A stretch of 47,818 nucleotides of DNA from Spirogloea muscicola (lineage: Eukaryota): the NCBI GenBank assembly GCA_009602725.1, contig WELB01000028.1, positions 234,323-282,140 of the forward strand. The letters are read 5' to 3'. Made by a program: the position numbers and the translations under genes. A model generated the notes under the pieces. The model searched no databases and was not told the origin of the DNA. It saw only the letters and a program-made list of their open reading frames with translations. This document shows, piece after piece, positions 24,584-36,375 of this stretch; the first letter of the stretch is position 1; the number at the start of each line of letters is the position of its first letter.

Positions 24584-26397
24584 ATGGTGCTGTTTCGACA
24601 GATCTCAAGAAGGCTGAGCGGAGTGGAAGAGCTTCTGACTCCAGAAGAGGATGCTGCAAAGGTAGCACTTCTGACTAGGTTCTGGTCTACAGCAGCCGTT
24701 GCAGGTTGACTGTTGTATACATCAGGCTGTCGTCTATGTATTCTTAGTACGTCTTTTTGCTTCTCTATCAGATAACAGTCTGTGTTGCTGCACGTTGCTT
24801 TCAGCCAATGGCTATGACTGGGGTGCTTTCTGATCTTCACGTTGCCAGATGTCGTTTGGTGGAGTCTGTTAAGGAGCAATGTAGTTGGGCTTTGACTATG
24901 CTTCTCTTCCCTCATCCTTGCCTTGCTGCCAGCCCTCGTTCAGCTGTCACTCTCTTACACACTTGCGTGCTGCTCTATCACCTGACAGACCCGGGAGCTC
25001 CGGGCTACCTTGGGGCCTCTGGATGAGAAGCAGACTATCTACTGCACAGATAGTTGTCTCCGGCGCTATTTGAAGGCTCGGAATTGGAATGTGAAGAAGG
25101 CCGAGAAAATGCTAAAAGATACGTTGAAATGGCGTCAGAAGTACAAGCCTGAAGAAATCAAATGGGTGAGTTTCTTTTCTTTAAAGTCTGGGGAGCCATC
25201 TCTGTCCGAGCCTGCAGACACTCTAATGTTGACGAGGGAAGGTGGCGATGTCAGCCAGAGGCAGTAAGTCTTTTTCATTGCTCCAAGTGATGCTCACATA
25301 CCTCTGGCTTCTGCTAGGCAGGAGGATGTTGCACACGAAGGAGAAACAGCAAAACTTTACAAAGCTGACTTCCTTGACCGGAAGGGGCACAGCGTCCTTG
25401 TCATGTGCCCTGGAAGACAGGTTAGCAACTCAGTCAAGCATGTCTTTGTAATCTCCTTTCCTGTCAGAAACAGGCTTGGTTCCGACAGAAGGCATGTCTC
25501 TCACTCTAGTCCTTTGCAGGCTGGACCTTGCCCAGAGAGTTGATGTTCTCCTGTGACACGCCACTTTCCTTTGCTTGTGGTGCATTTGACTAGACTCGAC
25601 CAATTCCGCTGATGCAGCTTGTCTTAGTTCTTATCTGCAGAACACCAATGAGCACAACAGTCAGATGAGGCATCTTGTGTATTGCCTGGAGAATGCTGTC
25701 ATATCGCTTCCACCAGACCAAGAGCAGATGGTGTGGCTTGTGGACTTCCAAGGCTGGACTTACAGGAGCTCTCCTCCGATGAAGAGTGCCAGGGAGACTC
25801 TCAATATCCTCCAGAATCACTACCCGGAGAGGCTGGGCCTGGCTATCTGCTACAATCCTCCTAGAGTCTTTGAGGCCTTCTGGAGTGTGAGTTCTCGCCA
25901 TAACATCTACTCAAGTTGCTCATTGACGACTACATGCATATTGCCAAAATCTACGGCAATAACTGCCTTGAGCAGATCGAGCAGCTTCTCGCATGAGTAG
26001 TGCACACAGCAGCCAGCAGTGCGCTCACAGCTGCTAATAAATAGAGCTCAACGCTTAATTCCTGTACATTGTTTGCACTCATTGGCAGATGATTAGACCG
26101 TTCATAGACAGCAAGACTGCGAAGAAGGTTCGCTTCATTTATGCCAAAGGTTCGCAAAGTACAAGGCTACTGGAGGAGTTATTTGACCTCAACAAGTTGG
26201 ATCAACAATTTGGAGGTAAGAAGCCATGGTCTTATGACCACGAGGCTTATAGCAAGCTGCGGAAGCAGGACGACCTAAAGCAGGCGGAGCACTGGCACTT
26301 GCCATCAACCCGAAGGGGCCTGCAGGAGCCCGCGGGTGGGGTGGCCAATGAGGGCAAAGGTTATTATGCAAACGGCCACTCAAGCATCACCACATGA
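24584..26397 (+). CDS. SEC14/CRAL-TRIO lipid-transfer protein (PDR16/random-slug-like)
   Basis: CTDSCLRRYLKARNWNVKKAEKML..WRQKYKPEEIKW, RHLVYCLENA, WLVDFQGW, ILQNHYPERLG..NPPRVFEAFW, IRPFIDSKTAKKVRF, FGG. GT-AG introns. Confidence 0.93.
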
Positions 26398-27074
26398 CGC
26401 CCAAGCATGAGGTCCTGGTACTAAGCGGCCGCCTCCAGTCGACTGCCACTTTAAGCAACCACAGTTACCACTGCAATCCTGGAGAAGACATTGCCTATTT
26501 GCGCCTGCCTCCCATGATGTCACACACGATTAAGGGGGCTTCACTGGGTGCACTTAGACAGCGCTGTCCTCTGCATTGCCACGCTGGCACTTGCAGCCGT
26601 GATGGTTGTATATCTATGAACTCCTGCCCACTGAACTGCATTATTGCAGTGACACGAAGTACATTCATTTCATATTCTTGACATTGTTCCCGAAACGCTG
26701 ACCAACTATCAGAACCTTGAATCAATTTACGTTCTCACGTTCATTGAAGAGGTTGCCTGATGTGCACTATAACACCCCTTTCTTACCGGCAGGAAGAATT
26801 GTACGGAACCCTATCTACTTTGTCATGTCAAGGTTTCGCAATCACTACTTCCTGCCGCAGGTTACAACAGTAGAGGTGCTGACTTGCACTTCAATAGCAG
26901 AGGTGGGTTCAGGCAGGTTGAGTCACTACCAGCGATGGCGATGCGACTTTGACGACTACAAGACATTGACAGTGTGCTAGCTATGCCAAGATCAGCAAGC
27001 AACACAGTCCAGACTGGCTGGCTGCACGAACTCCAAAAATACTGCGGGTGTCAGTGAGGTAGATCAGCAACCCC

Positions 27075-27265
27075 CCGAAACCCAGTCTCTCTGACCTGAG
27101 GCTGCTTAGCAGGGGTTACTGAGTGCTTCGTAGCTGCTTAGTTTCTGTGCTTTCTGTGCTTGTTTTCTTGGTGCTTCCCGTGGCCCCTTCTCGTCCTTTG
27201 CTCATTCATTCTTGGGCTGGCTTTTTCCAGCCCCAATCCTCAATGGTCGAGCCCTTCTTCTTCAG
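27075..27265 (+). mobile_element. 5'-truncated family C CRE 3' end
   Basis: Encodes SLSDLRLLSRGY*, then a 3' UTR similar to 45640-45785, ending GGTCGAGCCCTTCTTCTT. Confidence 0.8.
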
Positions 27266-27383
27266 ATCAAATCCAACGCGCTACATATACAAGCTAAACG
27301 GCAGCTTCAAGACAAACTTCTAGCCTGTCTCCTCCATTATGTCTGCAGCATAACCAAGGCGCTCACAGTTGTTCTGGCATTGC

Positions 27384-27614
27384 TCAGGCCTTGCTCGGCG
27401 GCAGTGCCTCAGGAGTAAACATTATTGGGCCACCGCCCTGCTGCTCACCGTCCAAAAACCGGCTCACATCAAGAGAAGCGCCACCATGCGCGCCACTACT
27501 GCCACCTCCGGCCCCCGTCGGACCAGGAATGGATAGGTCCGGCTTGTAGTAGTTGTGGACCACAGCTGCGCCGGCAAGCAGCGACGACAGTGCGACGGCG
27601 TACGACCGCAGCAT
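27384..27614 (-). CDS. BRAWNIN/UQCC6 (DUF4516)-like small mitochondrial membrane protein
   Basis: MLRSYAVALSSLLAGAAVVHNYYKPDLSIP matches the family motif xxAGAxVVHxYYxPDLxIP. The ATG is in a good context (accATGc). Confidence 0.8.
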   Translation of the reverse strand: MLRSYAVALSSLLAGAAVVHNYYKPDLSIPGPTGAGGGSSGAHGGASLDVSRFLDGEQQGGGPIMFTPEALPPSKA

Positions 27615-28249
27615 GGTCGCGCCAGCGGCGTCACCAGGGCTCTGTTTCTATGGCACGCCCAAGAAGCCAACGGCAGCCGAGGACATTGCTGTGGGGCTCC
27701 GACGGGATGAGCCCACAATAGTCACGCCACAATTGGGCAATGGGGGATGACGCCGCAGGCTGCGGTCGCCGCGTCGACGAGCGGCAGCCGTCGGTGCAGC
27801 CGCTGAAGTGCTGCTGCTGGTGCTGGGAGGCCTCTTATGTAAGGCTGGCTGCTGTTTATGACAGCGGATGCTGCTCCGACGAGCCCGGCCCCAGTGCTCA
27901 CTTCGTGGGCGTCGTCACCTCCGCCAGCTTTCGGTTGTGGACGATGCACCGAGAAGGCTGCCGCTACTGGCGCCGCCGCCGCCGCCACCCCCGTGCCGCC
28001 ACCTTCCGCAAGCCTCGCCCTGACCCAAGCCCTGCCTCCACGACTGTCTTCCACGCCGCTGCGCGCCGGACGGCGCTCCCGTCACGCCCGCCTCTATGGG
28101 CAAGCTCGCACTTTCTTCCTCTTGCGATTTCTAGTTGGGAACCCATATTCGCATATGGACTTCAACCCCTAATCCTGATACTGGAAAAATATGGGACTCC
28201 CGAATCCTTGTATAGAAAGGGTTACGTGCTCCTCCACTGAAGGCCGATG

Positions 28250-29090
28250 GTTGGGGTTGCTTTTCACAGCCCTCGCCCCCTTTGTGAGAGCTGCCACTTT
28301 CTTCCCTTGGCTAGTCACTCCACTTGCTGCTTCCGACTAGGAGGTATATAGTGGCCACCCGTACTGTACTAGCCACTTGTTCCGCTCAGTGGGTTCGCTT
28401 TTATAGTGGGGCTTCCCCCTACACATACCCCCCCCCCGCCCCCCCCCCCACTTTTCCTTCTTGGGCTGGCCTTCGCAGCCACGGTCTTCCTCCTTCTATC
28501 TTCAACTGGATGAGCCCGATCTGGAAGAGCTGGTTGTTTGGAAGTGCCTTCTCTCTTTACTTGTGGCAACTTGGGAGTCGACTTGAGTGCCGAGCTCAGG
28601 AAAATCGAAGAGATCGACAAGGCCGATGTCAGCACCCACTGTGGTAATCGTCTTCTGCGCTACACGCCGGCCTGGCACTTGTGAGGCGAACCCCCTTGCG
28701 CCAACGCCACACATGCTAGGGCCCACCTTGCTATGGAGGACTTGAGGACTGTCTAGGCGACGCTGCCGAGTCGACAAACAAGCCTGCAATGCCTCGACAC
28801 CACTACACCAGGGCCGGCCCCGGCTGGCAATTCCGAGTTGCCCTGCCAGCGATGAGCCTGGCACCAGAAGGCGCAGCTGCCAAGCTCGTCCATTGCAACC
28901 ACCGTTACCCTGACGCGCTCCATCTTGCCAGAGGATGTACACAAGGCCACCATGCGCGCCATGGCACTGGCCCACCTCTGAGTGATTTTGCTCGACAACT
29001 CGAAGCGTCTACTGCAGCCACCTCCCCATTCTGCACGTAAGTGGGTGTGATATTTGAGCTCAATGATGGTCTGGCCCAGGAGCAATCAGA
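28250..29090. mobile_element. Two short 3'-end units (+, 28250-28495) and a decayed RLE-domain remnant (-, ~28560-29090)
   Basis: tttcacagccctcgccccctttg..gccactttc and gggctggccttcgcagcc units. Minus-strand peptides VVAMDELG and QVLHSKVG resemble LAMDVHG and ALHQKAG. Confidence 0.45.
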
Positions 29091-29129
29091 AGTCTTGACG
29101 GGGCCTCGATGTCAATCACAAGAGCGTGC

Positions 29130-29410
29130 TCTTCCATGGAATGATCCTATAAACTTTTTGTTTTTAACTCCGAGTTATTCTTTTATGAGCCTTTTCTTGG
29201 GCTCCTCCCATTATTCTTTAGCCCCTTCCATGAAGATTGAAGCTATCTGGCCCTATACGGGCATTGAGGTGTTAGACTCTTGGGGTATTCCATTCTGTTA
29301 CTGCACTGCAATCTTACTTTCGTCTGGAGCTGCAAGTACATGGGCTCATCGTACAATACTTGCAGGAATGAAAGATCAGGCAATTTACGGTCTCTCAGCT
29401 ACCATTGTCA
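29130..29410 (+). pseudogene. cox3: Mitochondrial cox3 fragment (NUMT), degenerate
   Basis: AT-rich patch translating to HYSLAPSMKIEAIWPYTGIEVLDSWGIPF..AILLSSGAASTWAHRTILAG..AIYGLSATIV, matching COX3 HSSLAP..IWPPxGI..PWxIPxLNT.ILLSSGA.VTWAHH. A GMIL motif lies upstream in another frame. Confidence 0.85.
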
Positions 29411-30289
29411 ATTCTTCATACTGATGGCTACTTTGGCACTCTGAAGACCTTCAGGGATGGAGATTCTCCGAAGAGGTACCCTGCACGTGCTACTCAGTCC
29501 TACAGAGAGGTTGCACGCGTCCTGTCTGCGACCAACACGCAGTTTTTGTGGCCCATATGGTCAATCGTGCTGTAGAGTGAGTAGGAGGCAACCACAACTC
29601 GCGTGGGGTGGAAACCAGCTCCAGGTAGTTTGCCAATGGGTCACAATGTGGAGGCAAAGAGATGCTCGACCATGAGCCCTGCCTACTTGGTATAAAGTTT
29701 CCAAGTTTATAGGATCCCTGACAAAGGTCATGCTGCACAGCGAGATGTATAGTGACCTTCATAAGTAGTTTCACGGATCACTTCACGCCACCACATGATT
29801 TACAGAATCATTGCAGTACCAAAGCTAAAAAGCATACTGCCTCCTTGCCATGAATGCATACACATCACACCACCAGAGCTGGACAAATCATAAACTCATT
29901 CTCATCGTCATCACATGTGGTCAGCCGACTTTCACACCTGCAAGTTGGTCGCTGGAGCACTGCTAGAAGTGGAGCACTGCTAACAAGTAGACTTTCTCGA
30001 GATCAGCAATACTTATTGACAACCAAGTCTGTATGGAAATGAGGAAGATATGCAATCTTGCTCTTCTCAACATAACATGCAATGTCAAAGAACGCCATGG
30101 CGGTCAGAATGTACAACCAGCAGAGAGGCGCATGCAGAGCCGCTTGCTTGCAGACTTGCAGAGCCTCAATGATGTACTGCATGGAAGAAGTGGATTGCCA
30201 CATCAGTCTGGGCTGGCTTGGTGCAGGTGCCGCCACCACCACGACCATGAAGTCCAGCTCTGGCTGTGGCAGCATCTGCCCTCCACCTC

Positions 30290-32562
30290 CTAGTGGTACT
30301 CGAGCGGCGCGGGGTTATGCCGCAGCTCCTTGTGCTTCTCCACAACATCCTGGTTGCAGACCAGCCACGCACGCGGCATGCACGACTGTGAGGCTTTTGC
30401 CACCGGGTGGCAGCTGCGCACAGGTGGCAGCGGCAGCAGCCTCTGCATGCGCACCGCAGCAAAGTGGTTGACGTCGCGGTGGTGTGCTTCGTCTGCACGG
30501 ATGGTGAGCACAACGTCGCGCAACGTGGCGTCCTTCGGCAGGCGCCAGTAGTCGCGCGCGATTGCAGGTGCCGGCTCGTTGGCGATGTTGCCATTGTCAA
30601 GCTCCTTGAGAAAGTGCGTGTACGACCAGATAGCCTCTTCCTCAAGGTACCCGACAATGCGGTGCGCAATGCGCGGGTTGAGCAAGTAAGCAAGGAAGTA
30701 CGCATTGAAGAACACACCCTGCGCAACAGTATTCAAGCCACTTCTGCATCAACAGTGACGGTGGCGGCAGTGGTGGCGGTCTTGGATTAGCAGCGGTAGC
30801 CCCAAGCAGATTCTCCATAGTGGCATAAGGGAGGAGCTGGCGCAGAGCGGGACAGGGAGAGGTGAAGGTCCGCAAGAAGCGCAGAGCGATGGTGCAAGTG
30901 GGAGGAGAGGAGGGAAGTGCAGAAGCGGGGAGGAGGGACACTGCACAAAGGAGGAGGGAGGGAACAAAGTACAGGACAGATGGGGTTTGTAGAGGCTTTG
31001 AGGAAGGTGTTGCAAGTCGCACCTGGACGGCTATGACGAGAGCACGTTCATACCACTTGGGCTGCACCACCTCCATGAACGTCATGAGGTGCATGCGCTC
31101 GTTCTCGGCCTCGGCGAGCAGCACCCGGATCCAGCCGCCGCTGTGCTCGAACCGCCGCAGGGACTGCAGGTGCAGCAGCATGCCGCCCACCATGCCCGGC
31201 ACAGCAGCCACCGTCTCCAGCATGACCGCCCGGCAGCCGTACCTCTTCTGCCGAGCAAGCCAGCGAGTGCAAAGCGTTAGCAAGGGGCAGGCAAGGCAGA
31301 CCGTAATCGGATGACATAGGAATTTGCACCATCAATACAATCATGTTATTTCCTGAGATGGACATGAAGCCTCAAAGTTTCATACTCAAATGCTTGGAAG
31401 GACCAGGGTCGTCAAGGCGGCAGTACTGAGGAGGAGGATGGGCACACCCGAAAGAAGATATCTGTGGGCACGCGCATGAGTTTGACAGCGTGGTACGCGA
31501 TGCGGTCGCTCAGGTTGGTCGGCTTGTGGTGCTTGTCCAAGTCGATGCCCAGGTTGGCCGAGTACGCGTCTGCCGGCTGCGCACGGCAGAGGGCATACGG
31601 AATGGGAATGACCAGTGGGACAGAGTGGGAGGTGGAGGAAGTTGGAGTGTGTACCCAGTGATGGAGGGCCTGAGTGGCCAAGTACAAAGGCAAGCACATT
31701 GACAGATGCACATCACCTGCTGCCAAGCTGACCCACTCAGCAACCACGAGTCAGCGCATAAAGAGAGGTCGCTGCCCGAGTACCCGAGTACCGGACGGCA
31801 ATCGACAAGCTCTTGTGCCAACTGGAGGGAGGGAGTTGTGAGGAGGGGTGGGTGACAGAGGGAGGACACAGGAGAGAGGAGAGAAGAAAGAGGAGAGAGG
31901 GAGCAGGCACCGTGAACGAGTGCCAAGGCCACTCGGAGCCGTCGGCGCGGCGGTGCTTCTTGGGCGCGATGCCCCAGTACTCGGACACGACCGCCTCGCC
32001 CGCGGCCTCGCGCGCCGCCAGCGCCGGCCCCGCGGCGGCCCNNNNNNNNNNNNNNNNNNNNNNNNNNNNNNNNNNNNNNNNNNNNNNNNNNNNNNNNNNN
32101 NNNNNNNNNNNNNNNNNNNNNNNNNNNNNNNNNNNNNNNNNNNNNNNNNNNNNNNNNNNNNNNNNNNNNNNNNNNNNNNNNNNNNNNNNNNNNNNNNNNN
32201 NNNNNNNNNNNNNNNNNNNNNNNNNNNNNNNNNNNNNNNNNNNNNNNNNNNNNNNNNNNNNNNNNNNNNNNNNNNNNNNNNNNNNNNNNNNNNNNNNNNN
32301 NNNNNNNNNNNNNNNNNNNNNNNNNNNNNNNNNNNNNNNNNNNNNNNNNNNNNNNNNNNNNNNNNNNNNNNNNNNNNNNNNNNNNNNNNNNNNNNNNNNN
32401 NNNNNNNNNNNNNNNNNNNNNNNNNNNNNNNNNNNNNNNNNNNNNNNNNNNNNNNNNNNNNNNNNNNNNNNNNNNNNNNNNNNNNNNNNNNNNNNNNNNN
32501 NNNNNNNNNNNNNNNNNNNNNNNGGCGGCGGCGGCGGCGGCGCGCGCGGCGGCGGCCGCCAT
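30290..32562 (-). CDS. AOX: Mitochondrial alternative oxidase; transit peptide partly in the N-gap
   Basis: [69 protein letters not shown] and C-terminal PAPLEYH*. Confidence 0.96.
31639..31800 (-). mobile_element. Family G 3'-end fragment inside an AOX intron
   Basis: Encodes ..LYALTRGC* followed by a 3' UTR similar to that after ..LYVLTRGC* at 46503. Confidence 0.75.
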
Positions 32563-32993
32563 CGCCGGCAGGCGAGAGCGCGGTGAGCTCCGGGGAAGAA
32601 CAATGGGGCGCCAGGGCAAAGAGTGGGGGGGATTTGGCGGAGGGTGGAGGGCCGGAAAAGGCAGGGGCCCGGCCGGCATCTCGCCGCCGGCCGATGGTTG
32701 GCTTACTGGGGCCCTCGCCGTTGGGCGGGGAGGGAGGGGGCCGGTCACCGCCCCTCCCCGCCCGCCCCCATGTGGCATTTCCTCTCTCTTTCCGCCGCCG
32801 TGCCCGGCAAGCCGCGCGCCCCGCCCTTCCGGTCGGCGCCCGCCCCGCGGCGCGACGGAACGTGGGCCGCCGCCGACGCCGACGGGGGCCGGGCGTTCCG
32901 TCGGACCGCGCCCTCCTGGCCTGGCTTCGGGCCTCGTCAAATTCATGTGAGCCTGGCCTCTCTCGTCCCGGAAACGACGCTTTTGAGAGAAGG

Positions 32994-35900
32994 AAGTGGC
33001 TCTCCCAATGGGGGCAAGGGCTGTGAGAAGCCAGCCCGAATAGAATTGACAAGGTTCGAAGGGGCCAAAGTACGAGCTAAGCAGCGACTGCGGAGCCTGA
33101 AGAGGTTATGGCAGAACGGGGGAGGATGGACCACTCAGTAGTTACGAGTGAGGAGCCTCACATCCGACAGACTAGCTGCCGGGAAACTTATCCCCCTGAC
33201 GAAAGCCGGAGGCCGCAGTGAGAGCACGGCCAGCACGCAGATGCAAGGCGTGGGCCATGGACCGCTGGAGGGAGACGGACAAGCGCATACGATACACCTG
33301 AGCCCACGAGCCAGCGGCGTTGAAGTCAGCCGGCTCACCGCGCCTGCGGGACACAGCGCGCCGTGCAAGCTTGGCCAACAGGTCGAGCCAGTGGGATCCG
33401 AGAGCCCCGTGCACGTCCACAGCCAGGGGGACGAACTCATCGGCAGCCGGGTGGTCGGCGTGTTCGGCCGCCTTGCTGCGAGCGGCTTTCGCCGCAGCGC
33501 GGCCAGCCCGCGAGGCAGAAAGCCCCGGGTTGGAGCGGTCGACCACATCAGTGGTGACCACATCGGCAATGATGCGCCCGCCGCCGCCCGTCGTGGACGC
33601 CACCAGGTCGACGCGGCGCGTGTGGAGTCCGTCGGCCCTCTGGAGGATGGGCACGACAGACGTATTCTCCATCGCAACTGAGTATCCGGCCTCCTGGAAG
33701 ATGCCGAACATTGCGTCGCGGAGGAGGTCGTGAGCGGCTGTACGCTTGCCGCCAGTGGCGCAGCGGAGGATATGCGCCGCTAGCTCCGCCAGGTCCGTCG
33801 ACCACTCCCCACACTCACACTGCAGCACGCCAAGCAGACAGGGCTGGGGAAGACCCAACAGGCGATGGGTGGCCGTACGGAAGAGTTCGTCCGGCATCCT
33901 GAGGGCATCGTACAGGGGGAGCGCGGCCAGCCAGGCTGCCGCGCCAGGGGAGACGGCCGACAGCAGCCGAGCATGGCCTCGCACGTCTGTGGGAGGGAGG
34001 AGCTGCATCGTGGCCGTGAAGGACGCCTTGTCAACTGCCGCCATGTACCGCGCCTGCGCTTGCGAGTCGGTGGAGTGGGCAAGGTGGGCAAACGGGACCA
34101 CGCTCTCGGCGAGGGCAGGGTGCTCCGCAAGTAACTCGTCTTGAGCTGAGCAGAGCGCCACCTGAAAAGGCAGCGAGCCGGTCGCCACCTCCGCCACAGC
34201 CTGCTGCAGCATGGGCCGCCCATCATGGAGAAAGCGCTGTGCCACCGACGTGGCGACCTGTGCCCAACTGCCGAGGAACGCTGGCCTGCAGATGCGAGTG
34301 AGCGAGCGGCAGCCGAGGCCGCCATGGCCGGGGGGCAGTGTGGCCTGGTGCGCCGCAGCGGGCGAGTCGAGGAAGCCCGGGTGACGGATGAGGGCCGCCA
34401 CGCCCTCCATGACGCCCGCGTCGAACTTGGTGTAGGCCTCCAGCACCTCGGGGCAGGGAGGGGTCGTCCGCGCCAGGTGGTGGGGACGCTGTACAATGCA
34501 TCTGGTGAGCATAGCAAGCGCCAGCTGCATGTCCTGCAGCTTGGGGAGGCGGGCCACCGGCTGGAGGTGCTCCAGGAGACGGTCGAGCAGTTGCCCGCCG
34601 ACGAAAGACGGCGTGCCGAATGGGACCCCAAGGATGGTGAGGCCGCCTGGGGGAGTCTGGCACCCGGGCGGCAGGGGCAAGGGGGCAGGGAGGCCGCGCG
34701 GGGACAACGCGATGCACTTCTCGGGCCGGATGGACATGCCGAGGGCGGCAAGCTGCTGCTGGAAGGTGGCGGTGGCTGCTGACACATCCCCTGGTCTGCC
34801 GACCAGTGTGGTGTCGTCGGCGTAGGACGGCAGGAGGACGCCGGGGTGCGCTGCCGCCGTGGCCTTGAGAGCGCGGTTGTGAGCCAGCGCAAAGAAGAAC
34901 CCTGCCAGAGGATCCCCCTGGCGTGTGCGTGCCCGTCCTCGACTGCAGCGTCTCCACCTCGCCACACCCTGTCCGCCAGAGAAGGTCGCTGGGCTGGCCG
35001 TAGCCAAGGCGGAAGAAGGGAAGGAGGGAAGGGAAGGCTGCTCGCAGCTCCTCGGCAATGGCGCTGCGCTCTACGCTGTTGAAGGCGTTTTGGACATCAA
35101 CAGCCAGGACCATCCAGTCAGGGTGGAGATCCAGGGCCGCGCGGACGCCGTGGGCGACAGTCTCCCCGCCGCTGCGTAGCCCAGCGCCGTATTGATGTGG
35201 GGCAAGGTGGGTCTGCGCCTGCCAGAGATGTTGCTGCTTCAGCGTGCGGGCCACCAGCCGGTACAGAACCTCGCCGATGGCGATGGGGCGGACTCCGCCA
35301 TTGGGCTTGGCGATGGCGAGGAGGTTGCTGGAGCAGAGCACCAAGCGGGTAGCAACAGGGACCTTGTCCTGGGCCACGAGCTGACAGACTTGGAGCAGCG
35401 CCTGGAAGTCGGAGGCCTCGCCCTCCAGGAACAGCTCACGGAGGTGCTCCGTGAGCATGCCAGAGGGGCCGCCTGCTGCTGCTCTGCGGCTGCTCTGGAG
35501 TACCCGGCGGAGGGTTGCAGCGTCGAGGGCCACCGCCTGGGGCGGCTCCGAGGAAGGCAGCCAAGGGGGGGAGGGGGCACGGGCGTCGGGATGGAGGGCG
35601 TCCACGGCACGTCTGGTTGTCGAGGTCGGTGGAGCCAGCGAAGAGTCCTCAAGTGCTTGCACAGCCCGCGAGAGCTCGCCGGCGTGTCCAAAGCGAAGAG
35701 CACGCCGGATGGCCGCTGCTCTGCCGGACGACTCCCCACGCCGGGTGTGGCGACTGGCGGCGGCTGCTGCCACTGCGGCGTCGTGTTGCGCCAGGAGCTC
35801 CTCCCATCGCCCATTCTCAAAGAGGTGGATGCGTTCCAGAAGGGGCTGGCGGCCCTGGCTGCGGCCCTCATGCGGCACCCGGCCCAAGAGCAGGCGAGGG

Positions 35901-36375
35901 AAGAGGAGGAAGATGGTCCACGCGGCTTGGTCGCGGTGGTCCGCTGCGATGCGGAGCAGGACAGGGCGGAGGGCGCGGCGGATGTGTGGGCGTGCCCAGT
36001 GGGGAACGTGGCGGACGAGGGGGAGCGCCGCCTGCCTGAGAACTGCGGCCAGGTCAAGGTCCACGGCCCACTGCCAGTGATGGCGGCCCAGTTGTGCTGG
36101 GCTCGGTGGGACAGTCCTCCCGTGGCCACCACGGCGAGCGCCGGCTGGTGCTGCTCGTCGAGCCTGTTTCGCGCGATTGTCGCAACGGGCACAGGCGAGC
36201 TCATGCTGGGCCAAGCTGCGGGGGTTTGGGCGGAACTGAGGGGGGGGGAGGCGTCGGTTGCAACGGTGGAGGGGAAGGTGGCGGCTGCGAGAGAGGCGGC
36301 GGCGGAGGCGGCGGTAGCGGCGGCGACGGGGGTGGCGGCAATGGCGGCGGGGACAGCGGCGGTGGCGGCGGCGAG
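32994..36375 (-). mobile_element. CRE-clade non-LTR retrotransposon (family A): RT + CCHC + restriction-like endonuclease. 5'-truncated and frameshifted at ~34928 (+4) and ~33189 (+1).
   Basis: GPSG, KPNGGVRPIAIGE, QYGAG, DVQNAFNSV, QGDPL, YADD, ILGVPFG, LPPGHGGLG, CECG..HILRC, HD, RRVDLV..IIADV..K, FVPLAVDVHG. The ~140-nt 3' UTR ends GCCACTT with no poly(A). Confidence 0.9.

Noticed and set aside
29041..29424. Functional nuclear-transferred COX3
   Set aside because: It is partial and frameshifted, conserved residues are altered, and there is no targeting peptide or intron structure.
27384..32562. Apparent respiratory gene cluster (BRAWNIN, cox3, AOX)
   Set aside because: cox3 is a dead fragment and nothing in the sequence indicates co-regulation, so the grouping is probably chance.
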